Assembly (NCBI RefSeq): GCF_006345805.1
Contig: NC_043011.1
Coordinates: 1,054,001 to 1,118,000 of the forward strand
Length of the DNA: 64,000 nucleotides
Direction: 5' to 3'
DNA from: Octopus sinensis
Lineage: Eukaryota
This document shows, in pieces, positions 1 through 12,785 of the stretch. The position numbers were made by a program, and so were the translations under genes. Every line of letters begins with the position of its first letter. The stretch's first letter is position 1. Below the pieces are notes generated by a model. It did not search any database, was not told where the DNA came from, and worked only from the letters and a program-made list of their open reading frames with translations.

Positions 1-424
1 TATTTTTCATAAAAGATGATGTGATTGTTGGTGTAGTGTGATGCTGGTATAAACAGATGTGACAGTTAATGAAAATGTCCAAATACATTTTTGAAAAACA
101 AAAAGTTTGAAATAGTTTACATTCCTAATCAGTGGATTTTCAATTTGATTTTAGAATATTGATTTTTCTTGTTTTTTTTTGCTTATGTATTCTGAGGATG
201 AAACTCATTTCACCCCCCCCCCCACTCACATACAATCCATCAACTCAACTCTATTTTAAAAGCTGAATCACTGATTAAAATGCAGTAAATAATGCCGTAG
301 TCTAACTTTCTTTCTGTCTCTCCGACATGGGTCAGTCAAAGCTGGCATGGCAACTGATTTAAGAATGGTTTAGGACTGAAATAACTTTTTACAATCCCGC
401 AGTCTACTCCAATTTTTTGAGAGA

Positions 425-812
425 TTACTCTTTTAGTTGTTTCAGTCATTTGACTGTGGCCATGCTGGAGCACCGCCTTCAGTCGAGCAAATCGACCCCA
501 GGACTTATTCTTTGTAAGCCTAGTACTTATTCTATCTTTTTGCTGGACCACTAAGTTACGGGGACATAAACACACCAGCATCGGTTGTCAAGTGACACAC
601 AAATATACACACACACATACACACATATATGTATATATACATATATATGACAGGTTTCTTTCAGTTTCCGTCTACCAAATCCACACACAAGGCTTTGGTC
701 GACCCGAGGCTATAGTACAAGACACTTGCCCAAAGTGCCACACAGTGAGACTGAACCCGAAACCATGTGGTTGGTAAACAAGCTACTTACCACACAGCCA
801 CTCCTATGCCTA
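425..812 (-). mobile_element. SINE family A (tRNA-like head, CCTTGGGCAAGT body motif, TA/CA microsatellite linker, (TAAAAGAG)n tail)
   Basis: Reverse complement of the element also seen at 17693, 18588, 30750, 49107 and 51309. Head has A-box-like TGGCTGTGTGGT and B-box-like GGTTCAGTCCC. Confidence 0.9.
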
Positions 813-859
813 CATTAGTGCATATTAGTAGATTAGTGCATAAAATTCTCATGTATCCT

Positions 860-2460
860 CATGTCAAGCAACTGCAGTTTTGTGGACAAAATTCTCTCTT
901 CTGGTAAAAAGGTGTTGACTGAGTTGTGCTATTAGGCTACCTGGTTGGGATAAAAACAGCAGCAACTCTGCCAAGCAGCGATTAAGAATAAATGAACTTC
1001 AGGTTTGTTAAAACATGCTTGTAGCATATTTCAACTTGTAATGGCAAAGTGTCAACAAAATGCTCCACTTGTTCATTTGAACTAGGACGATACGGCAGAG
1101 TGATCACATGTTCAATAACAAACATTTTACAAAACTTTTTAAACTCGTCTGAAGTAGATTGAGTTCCATTATCAACACAATGGAATCAGGAATACCTTAT
1201 CTGGCGAACAATTCGTGTAAAAACCTTACTATAACCACAGATGTCGGCTTTTTACACTTATACACTTCAGGCCACTTTGAAAAATTGTCCACCACAACTA
1301 GGTAATATGAACCCTAAAGTGAACCTGTATGATCAAAATGCAGTCTAGACCATGGAATATCTAATTTTGGCCACGGTTGCCATTTAGTGGTGGGTGCCTT
1401 TGCAGCAAGGGCACACCCTCGGCATGCTTTCATTAGTTCTTCCATGTTGTTGACCAATATACATAACTTCTCATTAACGGTTTCATTCTCAAAATCCCTG
1501 GTTGACTAATGTGTATTTCCTTTCATAATCGCTATTTTAGTGTGGCTGGCACTACAACTCTTTGTGCGTACATCAACATACCGTCGCACATTGAGAATGG
1601 GTTTGTATTTGTATTGCGCATATTTTTTTATCTCTTTGAGTTTTCAGCATTTCTTCTATTTTTTAATGAATTTATCGTTTCCTGATTTTAATTTTATGTC
1701 TTGTGATGTCACTGACAATTCATGTATAACGTTACACCAAACATTTTTAATTTCATTTTTTCTTTGCTTGCAATGCAGCAATCACGGTATCTTCAAATGG
1801 TTCAGCATTTTTTCAAATCTATCTTGATAAACAATCAGCACGTCCTAATTATTAGATGGTATATAGTCCATCTTTAAATCATAGTTTATAATTTAGTACC
1901 CCGGCATTACAACCTATTAGCAGTATGGGTAGGGATTCCTTTCCTTGACCCATATATTGATAATAATGGACAATGATCAGTCTCTAATCGAAAATTTCTG
2001 TCGTATAAAAATCTACGAATATTTTTTACAACGAAAATAATTGCTCGAACACTTTTTTTTTGATTTGGTTATAATTTTTTCTGTTATCAGAGAACGTGAG
2101 GCATGAACCACCACCTTCATGTTACCATCTTTATATTTATGTAGCATTAGTGCTCCTATATCGTACTCAGAGGTATCTGAGGCTACTACAATCTCCACCA
2201 CAGGATCAAAGTGTGCTAAGACCAAATCAGATGTTAATAGGTTTTTACTTTCGTCGAACACTTTCTGACAATTTTCAGACCAATTCCACTTTACATCTTT
2301 TTTTAATAGATTATTTGGTGAAACTCTTACCTTATGCATATTTTGGAATATAATTTTGGTAATAATTTGCCAGTCCCCAAAAAAGCTTGTACGGTCACTA
2401 TATTTGTTGGGAGTGGGGGGTGGTGGCGAAGTTTTAATTGCGTCTGCCCTTGACAAGAAA
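860..2460 (-). mobile_element. Decayed Ty3/Gypsy LTR-retrotransposon pol (RT thumb, RNase H, integrase)
   Basis: Minus-strand translation across stops and frameshifts gives LANYYQNYIP (RT thumb), KWNWSENCQKVFDESKNLLTSDLVLAHFDP..VASDTSEYDIGA (RNase H), H..QPGILRMK..C..C (integrase zinc finger) and WSRLHFDH..YLVVVDNFSKWPEV..DNGTQ..F (integrase core). Confidence 0.9.
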
Positions 2461-2879
2461 GAACCTAAAGTATTTTCAGACTTCTTCAATATTAATTCCA
2501 GTCACTTCTGATCTTGTTGTTGTTGCTGTTGCAGCAGCTGTTGTTACTGCAACTGCACCATGGAGGTCAATAAGTTAAACGATAGTTTCTTTTGTACCAA
2601 GAAAATTTTTTTAAATGCCCCACTCGAATTTCGAACAACTTGTCGTCACTTTTGTATCCTGGTGTCGAATAAATAATCAGGGGGAAAGAAAATATTCACG
2701 CAATCCAATACGATTACTGTTACACAATGTCAAACACCCTAAGCTCACAGTGAACTGCTTACTTCCTCAATTGCTCACAGTTCTTTATTTTATAGCAATG
2801 TGTCAATATACTCTTAGTCACATGGGGGTGGCCAGAATCCTTCCACAACATTAAGTATCAATCTTGAGAAATTAGGCTT

Positions 2880-3300
2880 CTCATTTAAGTATACATGTGC
2901 ATGCTTATACATGTAATTATATGCACGAAAATACACACATAGGCAAAATATACAAATCTGCATATGCACTAACTTCAAATACTGCACATATATACATATA
3001 CATGCAAAAATACCTTGCTGATGGTGTTGAAATTCCAATGAAGGAGCCTTGGACCTGGATTAGAAACTGGCTCTTTCTATATTGGCAAAAAAATCTTGAA
3101 ATAGAACTGAATAATGACATACATACATACATAGGTTCACACACATACATACACGCATATACATATATATATGTACATACACATACATGCATACTCACAC
3201 ACATGCATGTGTATGCACACATATACATACATACACATACATACATACACATACATACATATATACATACATATATACATATATGCATACATATACATAC
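2880..3300. repeat. Degenerate (TACA)/(CA) microsatellite
   Basis: Visible tandem tacatacacat runs. Source of the H/I/Y/T-rich ORFs. Confidence 0.9.
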
Positions 3301-3302
3301 AT

Positions 3303-3858
3303 ATGGTGGCTGCCCCCATGTTATCAAGTATAGCCATTGAACGAGGCTTAATCAATGTTGTTATCGTGCAATGCCTGTACAAGAAGATTTTTTTTAAAGT
3401 GAGGAAAGACTGTGCACTGAGTCAATCCCACTCACTAAGCAACAGCAGCCATAATCCGAAAAGAAGAACAAATCAACATCATCGGTAACCGCTGAGCCGC
3501 AGGCTTTATGTTGGAGTTATCCCAGTTACCTGAGTTACCTTCTCCTAGAAGGATGCCCTAACAAAGGCTAGGAGTCCTTTACTCCCAATGGTTTAACCGC
3601 ACAATTGGGTATTCAGTCCGATTATTTCTATGTCCCTGCGCATGATACAGTCCTAAGACATTTATTGGATGGCCGTTGACTATTAAGAGTTCCTCCACCC
3701 TTTGACGGGTTTTGTTTTTCATCCCGCAGGGTGTCCAATAAACACCCTCCTCATCAAGCAAGCTTGGTGGGGTTGCCGGTTTAGTCACCGACGACCCAAC
3801 CATGCAACAGGTTGTACTGGGTTACATGTTACCAGTAGCACTCGAAAGTGATCTGACA
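3303..3858 (-). mobile_element. Family D, ~555-bp non-autonomous interspersed element, copy 1
   Basis: Collinear copies at 27834-28390 and 60607-61162 in the same orientation. Strand inferred from an RTE-5'-like motif agcctttgttagggcatccttctaggagaagg. Confidence 0.8.
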
Positions 3859-4204
3859 CATGTATGTATACATACATACATACATGAAGACTTATGTCTC
3901 TTCTTTCTTTATTGTCCCCATAGCAAAAAGCTTTACTAGTCTTCTGAACTTCATGGTAAATAGGAAATATGACGCAGCAAAGATAGTAACTTTCACTTTA
4001 AGACATTAAAGATCCAATTCAATTTCAACAGCATCAATAGACAAAATCATTTGACCCTATGGCATGACTGACATCATACTTTTTGTAAATCAATCTCTTT
4101 TTAGCATCCATCAAAAAGATATAGCAACCAGTTCAAACAGGATACAGCTTATCACAGTATGCAGCATGTAGATATACATTGTGTGTGTGTGTGTGCATTT
4201 ATAT

Positions 4205-4207
4205 ATT

Positions 4208-4254
<47 letters not shown>

Positions 4255-4345
4255 GCTTGTCTGTTTGTCTGCCTACCTAACTGTCTATTTTTCCATCCAT
4301 CCACCTATCTGTCTGTCAGTCTGTCTGTCTGTCTGTCTGTCAATC
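4205..4345. repeat. (CTAT)n/(CTGT)n microsatellite
   Basis: Direct tandem repeats. Confidence 0.95.
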
Positions 4346-4429
4346 TATTATATATGTAAATATGTATGCTATTTTCCTCTTTTAATTTAGAATTAGCTTT
4401 GGCCAGCAACCTGCTTGGTAGTAAGGTTT

Positions 4430-5480
4430 GTGAAGGAAAGCATTTTCTTTTGTTCATCATGTTAAGAAGGTCTTGCTGATTTCTATTGTCTCAGATACCA
4501 TGATCATTTGTTGCGTATGAATTAAGTATGGTTGAACCCAAGTTCAGCTGCGATACTTTGCTTCAGGCAGATTTCACATATTCAGTTGCTGTAATAATAA
4601 GTATGAAGCCAAAAGTGTATGTTGGGTCCTAAATTTGGAAAACACCTTATCAGTAGTCCATAGATGTTCTCTTTCTTCAGTATTTTTCTGAGGACATTGG
4701 TGACCAGAGGGCAAAAACAGAGCATGCTTTTTTTTGGTCCCTAATCACAATATCTGGCTGGTTGAGCTTTAATCTGGTGACTGTTTTAATTTGTAAGTTC
4801 TATTAGGATTCTTTTCACACATTTGTTTCAATATTGTGTACTTCATCTGTTAGTACCTTTTTTTATTCTTATCCTGTTCCTGACTGCCCAGGCGATATGG
4901 GAAGATAATATCCAGAGGAATTCTCTCACAGTTGGCAGTAATGTGGTTGGCGTCTTCAGTCTTCATTTTGCACAGCCTACAATTGTTGTCAGTTAATTTC
5001 TCCTGCCTTTTATGTTGCATGTACTTGGTAGGGATCTTTTGTTCTTGAATTGCATGGAGATAGCCTTTAAAGTATGATGCCATAAACTTGTTGGTATTCC
5101 ATGCCAATGTTTTCGTATGATCTATTCCTTCTGTGGCTTGTCTTTTGTGCCAAGTGCTTGTGCACTACCATCTCAGTGAACTAGTTAATTTTTTTTTCTT
5201 TTGTTCTTCTGATAAATAGAATTTATCAATGCTCGTTGGGCAGAGATCGGTATCAGCTCTTATTTCATATCATTTCTCAAGTTCATTAGATATCATATGT
5301 TGCTGATTTCATATATGCAAGCTTGGGCACTTTCTTCTGCTTCAGAATATATGCTTCATATCACATCTCTACAAATTTAAGACTACAGCTACCATCTTTG
5401 CACATGAAGTACAGCCAGTCTGCATCTCCACTGATGTTGAAATGTCTATTGATGCAGAGCAACTTGCAAGTTCACACATC
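4430..5480 (-). mobile_element. Decayed non-LTR retrotransposon with CCHC knuckle and restriction-like endonuclease (R4/Dong/NeSL-type)
   Basis: Translation GYLHAIQEQKIPTKY..DNNCRLCKMKTEDANHITANC (C-x2-C-x7-H-x4-C), followed by NLQIKTVTRLKLNQPDIVIRDQKK (PD motif of the REL domain). Multiple stops. Clade assignment is from motif recall. Confidence 0.7.
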
Positions 5481-5521
5481 TGTCTTGTTGAGCTCTTGCA
5501 ATGACCAGTTTAGAAAGCCAA

Positions 5522-5557
<36 letters not shown>

Positions 5558-5818
5558 ATGTGTGCATATACTTGATTGTGACTTTAAGTTTTGCCACTGA
5601 TACAAACAGTGAACAAAATACAGAATATACTGATATTCATGAAAACATCTATGAAATGAGGTAGTGCAGATTTACCTATGTGTGATGACTTTAGAAATTT
5701 TGGTCTGCTGTCAGATAGTGGTAATGAATAAAATTTTGGTTTTTGGAGTTGAAAAGGCATTTAAATTTGAAGTCATAACCAACCCCCATATTAACATACA
5801 GGTCTACATATATACATG

Positions 5819-6118
5819 TCACGTGACTGACCAGGCCATCAGATGTTGCTACACATCGCTGGTCACAATGTGCTTCGCATTGTTTTAGCCTTCAATGACA
5901 CCACCCTGCTGGCTAAGCGAGCAAACCAACAGAAGAAAGAGTGAGAGAAAGTTGTGGTGAAAGATACAGAAGGGATCACCACCACCTCCTGCCGGAGCCT
6001 CGTGGAGATTTACGTGTTTTCGCTCAATAAACACTCACAACGCCTGGTCTGGGAATTGAAACCGCGATCCTATGACTGCGAGTCCGCTGCCCTAACCACT
6101 GGGCCATTGCGCTTCCAC
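5819..6118 (-). mobile_element. SINE family C (tRNA-derived head ggaggcgcaatggcccagtggttagg)
   Basis: Matches copies at 22491, 23015, 47263 and 59565. A-box TGGCCCAGTGG and B-box-like GTTTC(A/G)ATTCC. Confidence 0.9.
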
Positions 6119-6989
6119 CATATACATATGTACATATATAAATACAAATATGTGTATATTTTCATATGCAATATGCACATATCTGTGTTTGTGTGTGTGT
6201 GTGTGCATATATATATATATATATATCCCAATGATATGTTAAAATCATGTGATTTGTGGAAACATGTGTAGTGATGTATTAGATATTTATAAATACCATC
6301 CTAGTTTTGTTATTATTATATTTATCCCATTTTATGTCAGTATAACCATGATGCAACCCTGAAAAATTGACTCACCTGTCAGTATTATTAGGTGGTAGCC
6401 CGCATAATGAAATAGGAGCTTTATTTGCATAACCTTAACATGAACGAATTTAAAAGATATGTGTGTGTGTGTGTGGATGTAATTTATGTAATTTATGTTT
6501 GTGTGCACATACACACACACACACTGTCTCTTACATACATTACATATGCACATACATGTGTGCATACATATAAAATTGTGAAGGATATTAAGCTGCACTA
6601 AAATTTTACCAATATTTTCCTGCTGTTAAAATACAGTAATAGCAGATCTATCTATAAGAGAATATCATATTTTCCTTTGTGAAAGAGAATATTATAGATT
6701 TGCTAAGAGATTTATAAAAAAAGAAATCTGTTTGAGAAGCAATAAAGAGACTTTAAAACATTTATATAAATAATATCTATCTTTACTAATGTATCTCTTT
6801 TATAATTTTGTTTTAGTTTGAAAATTCCAGAGTTTTAGAAAATTGTACTGATTAATTCAATTCTCCAATCTGCTTTCTTTTTTAAATTATAAAAAAAAAG
6901 TACAAGAATTGTTTTCACAGTAAAGTTTTTTTTAAAAATCTTTCTTTCATTCACAATAACTGATAATTTGTGTCTAGTTACATTGAGTA

Positions 6990-7220
6990 AAGGTCAGTTG
7001 TATCACCACTGTTGCTATTTTTATTATTAATATCATCTCCATCACTGTTATCATGATCTTTGTTATAATTGCAACCATAACCATGATCCTCCTCATCAAT
7101 ATCATTACCAGTGGTGGCTTCAACACCATCACTGTCATGATGATCAACATCATCACTGTCATGATGATGAAACTGATGATGATCAACATCATCATCATCG
7201 TTAATATCAGCATCATGGCT
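6990..7220. repeat. Degenerate (ATC)n low-complexity tract
   Basis: atcatc-rich run giving M/I-rich spurious ORFs. Confidence 0.8.
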
Positions 7221-7698
7221 TTAACATCATGTTTGTTCTTTTACAAACCGGATTGGTCTGTCACTTAGCATATTGCTACTCCACTCTTTTGTATGCAGGC
7301 TCAACAGCAGTTTGACACTCATTTTCTCTACCTCTACCGTCCCATTCTTCACTTCACTTCTCTTCCACCTCTATTTCTGCCATTCCATTTCCTTTCTTTG
7401 ATCTCCCTCTTTTCTCACTGCAGTACTTGATAGAACGAGAAATTCGGGAAGTGTAAAATACAAGGCATTTCTTCTTCAGATGTTCTCTTTTGTTAGGCTT
7501 CCATAATATTTGGTCTATGTAAAGAACAAAGATACACAAGGGTCAATATTTTTCTACTTGTAGGAGTTAAAAGGTAGGAAATCAGTTAATGCAGATAATA
7601 AGGGCAAGAATATGCATCCCTCACTCAGCATTAGCATGTGTGTGTGAAGCTAATTGTGCGTGTGTATATATACGCGTGATTATACATAGGTATGTTAA

Positions 7699-7927
7699 GG
7701 CAGCGAGCTGGCAGAAACGTTAGCACGCCGGGCGAAATGCTTAGCAGTATTTCGTCTGCGTTACGTTGTGAGTTCAAATTCCGCCGAGGTCGACTTTGCA
7801 TTTCATCCTCTCGGGGTCGATAAATTAAGTACCAGTTACGCACTGAGGTCGATGTAATCGACTTAATACCTATGTCTGCCCTTGTTTGTCTCCTCAGTGT
7901 TTAGCCCCTTGTGGGTAATAAAGAAAT
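7699..7927 (+). mobile_element. SINE family B (ggcgagctggcagaa head, tail agccccttgtgggtaataaagaaa)
   Basis: Same element at 32367, 41565 and 47590. Flanked by ataggtatgt(t/g)aag on both sides. Confidence 0.9.
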
Positions 7928-8998
7928 AGGTATGTGAAGTGTCTGCATGTTTGTGTTATGGTGTATGTAGAAATATGTTTATATGTAGGTATGCTTGGTG
8001 TATGCATGTGTTTGATTATGTGTGAAGATTTGTAGAAATGAGACTGGGTGTGCTTGATTATATGAATGAATTTTGATGTTAGTGTGTGTTTGAATGTGTG
8101 TATGAGATTGTAAATGTGTGTGTGTGTGTGTGCAAAGCAATGGTGTGCAACCTGTAACCTCAGTCACCTGTAAATCTACAAGACAGTTCATTTTGTATGA
8201 TTGAGAATAGATATTTCTCATAGTGAATATAGAAGATATTTTCAATATTCATTTCATAGGCTTCCAAGATCGTTCTCCATTGTCATTTAGAAATATATTC
8301 TTTGAGGGATAATTTCATGGCTGTTTATACAAGTTGACAAATTTATGCTATGATCCAGCAGTTTCTTGAAATTAATGGTATTTTGAAGGGCATATTTATC
8401 TATTCTGCTTGGTTAACTTCTGGAAACAAATCAAAACATAATTACAATTGCATCTGAGAGGTCAAGGTTCTGGATACTTCCACATGGTTATAAATTCAAA
8501 TCTTTCTATAGCAATTAAGTTGGAATAACTCTGCTAGTTTAGTTTTGCTTGACTGACAAAATCAGATTGCTCTGTTCCCTAACTTCACAGTTTAATTGAA
8601 GCTCTAGAGGGCATCTAACTGTAAAAACAAATGCTACCATTAATTTGACTTCTTCTCACCAGCAAGGGGAAATTGATTTAAAACACTATTCCCATTTCTA
8701 CTCTAATAATGTTTCACATAAAGTTTGTCTTCAAAGCACATTCTAAGAGCACTGATGTTTTGAGGCAAGTTACACTTTATTTAATAGATTTTTAGCAAAG
8801 AGAAAAGTTAAAGCTGACTGCAGCAATATTTGAACATTCTACCCCAAGAGAGATGGATATTGCAAAATAAAATATTCAACCTAATGTGCATATTCCATGT
8901 AAGTTAAGAAAATGTGACTTGTGAAAATATTTGTAAATATATCTGTAAATCTTTCATCAAATATTGATTATAAAAAATAGTCTGTTATTAGGGTATAT

Positions 8999-9132
8999 AA
9001 ACCCCTGAGAGAATGAAAAAGGCATTAGTATGCATGGGAATCAAACACACACCTCTTATTTTTGCAAAAATTAAGAGGCGTGTGTGTTTGATTCCCACAT
9101 GTGCTAATGCCCATTTTTTCTGTTGGAGGTTT
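8999..9132. repeat. Fold-back palindrome, ~65-bp arms
   Basis: ggcattagtatgcatgggaatcaaacacacacctcttatttttg is followed immediately by its near reverse complement caaaaattaagaggcgtgtgtgtttgattcccacatgtgctaatgcc. Confidence 0.85.
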
Positions 9133-11330
9133 ATGTCTTAATATCAGACTAATTTCTTTAGTCAATATACAGTAAAAACTTATAATAATATTTACAAAAA
9201 TTTAACCAAATGTTCGTCCTTTTCTCATATCTTGTTTAATAAAGTGTTTTTCCTTTTTTCTTAACATTTAGTCAGCTCTGAGACTAAGTGAAAAGAAGGA
9301 GAGAAAGGAGGGTGTTATTTTGAAACTAAAGACCAGACCCGAATGCTTGCAATGAAGGGAACACTGCATAAAGCATTCAATGATCAGGGTGGTGCTGCTG
9401 AACGAAATAACTCCATCAATTCATTCTCCTATACAAAATGCAAAATCGACCTTAGTGAGGTTTGAACAGTGAGTGCAGAGAGCTGGAATAAACACCACAA
9501 AGATTTTTTGTCCTATGATCCAATCACTGCCAGTTTACAGCTATATTAAGAAGAAAGCAGGTCTGTTTTGAATGTAAGAATTTTATTTCAAATAAATATA
9601 ATCCATACAGCAATGCAGCAAGGAACCATATTACTGGACTTTGGTTATACTGATATCTTAGCCATGATTCATTCTACATCAAGACTATATATTTCATGTG
9701 TTCAAATAGATAACTATCTAATGGATATAGCTTTAATCTTATTTTTCTTCTATATCTTTCTGTGAGGCAGCAACTTTGTGACTCGAAACTGTAGTTCACT
9801 GGTAACATCATTTATCAACATGTTACCAGTGCACAATTAATGCAGTATGATGTAATTAAATCCAGAGAATGTTGGAAAATATGATTTGGGCATCATTGGT
9901 AGTTTTCATGATATTCTTTATATAAAACTATTTTATTGATTTTGAATAACTGGTAATTTGCAGGAAAAATCCTAAGAGATTATGTTTAGTAACATAGAAT
10001 TTCCCAAAACTGATAACGTTCTTGTTTTGCTTTTATATTTCATTTTAAATATATATTCTTTCAGAATCTGATAATGCTTAGTGCTTACTCAATATCTGCT
10101 ATTGAATACCATAGCTTTTCTTCAAATTATTAAAACTTTCCAAGAATTTCCAATGTTGCTGCTAAAGCGAAAAACAAAGCCAACTTTCCCATGTTTTTAT
10201 TTAGTGGACTGTTCTTAAAAGCTAAGCATTTTCACATGTTTTGTCTTCCTGTTATCAAGTAAAAAGATTATGGTGAATTACGGAAACCATTTACCATAGA
10301 CTAAATGGCTTGTAAGGTTTAATTATATCTCATTATGTTTTGAATTCCTATCCCATTGAGGCTGACCTTACTATTGATCATATTCCATGGTCAATACAAT
10401 AAATAGCAGTCAAATACAGGGGCTGATTAAACTGTAAGCACTCCATCCTCCTTATATTTTGGCCATGTGTCAATATAATAGGTCAACACTTTTGACCTTT
10501 GTAGATCTTGCTGAATAAGAGATAGTCTGAACTTTATGTAGTTACATTGATTGATATCATATATATTGCTAAATGCCAGGAGTTAAAGAAGAAATATAGA
10601 TTGAAAGGATCTTCCAGAGGTATAATGATTGCAAAGAAGCCACATATAGTAAAGGGGGCAGTAAAAAGTCTTGAAAATAAGATACCAGTGATAGTTTCAG
10701 GAAGAAGAATTGTGGAGGTTTCAAATAGGACTGTAAATTTAGGGTCTGTTGTAAAGATAGAAAACAGAATGATGAAACAGGGAAGAGAGAGAAGTGATAG
10801 TGAAAATTTTATCTAAAGCACAAATATAATTAAGAAAGGGCTGTTTAAAAAAATTTTTTTTTTATTTCAGTAGGCATGAAAAGTCTTATGATATATATTA
10901 ATGTGGTGAACAGAAGAGAATATTTTCTTAATGACTAATATTATTTTACCCATTTTGGCACGTATGAAATACAACTATAGACATCTTTCAGTATATTGGA
11001 TTGTCACAACAAAAGTGTAGATTTCTGCATACTAACTCAAACTACAAGAGAATCGTGAAGCGGGTCTACTGTTTTGTAACTGTAGTAGGTGTGAAAGAAA
11101 GGATTGGGATGATTGAGTGCAGCTGCCTGGACCGTGAGGATTTGACATGGATAATTCGACATTCAATGTGTTTTAGCGACAGTACTGTATGGCACTTGAA
11201 GAAAACATGCACACACACACATGCATGCATGTGTTGAAATATATATGTAGATCTAGAAAGAGTGAGAGTGAAAGGAGGTGAGAGAAAGAGACATTGCAAT
11301 TGATTGAACACAATTGACATTAACTTGATC

Positions 11331-11705
11331 GGATCTTTTCGGTTTGAACGGCAGTTTTTCTAGTGGTGTCATATGAAATTGTCACCCATAATTATGACCC
11401 TAGTATCGATCTATTGCATTTCAATCTGTTTTAGGGTTAGTTGGGGTTAGGGGTGGGGGGAAGGGTATCTTTCTTGTTTCTTAAACGAGGGACATATTCA
11501 TATGGCACAGAATGCTTTTTACCTCAATAGACGTCACTAATTGGTTGAAATTGCAGAAATTGAAGACTTACAAACTATAGAATTTTCTCAATAAAGTCAA
11601 GAGAAAAAGATGTTTTATAAATACATTCTACCAGTATACGAAGTTTAAAAGTGTTTAGTTACGTGGAAATTATGTTAGAAACTGCCATTCAAACCGAAAA
11701 GATCC
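11331..11705. mobile_element. 375-bp MITE with ~27-bp TIRs and 8-bp TSD (Merlin-like)
   Basis: TIRs ggatcttttcggtttgaacggcagttt / aaactgccattcaaaccgaaaagatcc (1 mismatch). TSD acttgatc at 11323-11330 and 11706-11713. Confidence 0.9.
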
Positions 11706-12479
11706 ACTTGATCTCACTTCTCATGCTCATAGAGAAATATGCTCACACACATAAACAGAGAGAGAAAGAGAGAGTGAGAGAGAGAAATAGAGAAAGAAAG
11801 AAAGGGAGATAGAGAGAGAATGAGAAAGGCATTAAAACATTAATATAAAATAAGCCAGTGCTGATTCAGCAATGCCAAATAGGTAGTGCCACAACTGTAT
11901 CAGAACATCTCAACCTGAAAATTTAGCATATTTATGCTACTCCACCAATTTCTTCTCTTACTCAATGTATTTAGCTAAATACTCTTGATTGAAAGATTGT
12001 TGGAATATTCACTCCAGTATGAGGAAGTCCAATTACTAAAACTAGGAAGCTCATAATCTATCAGTTATTACTAAACCAAATAAAAATAGTTTTTGCTTTA
12101 TAAAATTTTGCTTCTTGTAGGTCAAATTGGTTTATCACGTCATATGTTGTAAATAATATGAGTTACAAGGAAAGCAAATTGTTATAGAAGTTATATATAC
12201 ACATATAAGCACATAGCAACTAATATTTTCCAGATGCTGGTGTCTATAATAGTAGGGAAGAATAGAAATACTGAACATGTACAAAACAGAAAAATGCACC
12301 CAAATAGAAGAGAGGAATGCATTTCAAACGTATTGCTACTTCTTTCGCTACAAATTTCATAACAATGAGGAAGGGCAAAACATTCTACATCTTCCCATGG
12401 CTCTTCAGATATTTATCAGGAGATATGTACAATTCATCATGTGGTTGGGAAGCAAACTTCTTCCCATGCAGCCATGTCT

Positions 12480-12500
12480 GTGCCTATCTATCTATCTCTG

Positions 12501-12561
<61 letters not shown>

Positions 12562-12564
12562 ATG

Positions 12565-12647
<83 letters not shown>

Positions 12648-12648
12648 G

Positions 12649-12710
<62 letters not shown>

Positions 12711-12785
12711 CGTTTGTCTGCCTCCCTACCTCCCTGCCCGTCTGTCTGTCTGTCCATCCCTCCATCTGTCTGTCTGTCTGTCTGT
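12480..12785. repeat. (CTAT)n/(CTGT)n microsatellite
   Basis: Long direct tandem array. Confidence 0.95.

Noticed and set aside
10547-10816. 89-aa purine-rich ORF
   Set aside because: No recognisable motif or good splice signals. It may be an old repeat fragment.
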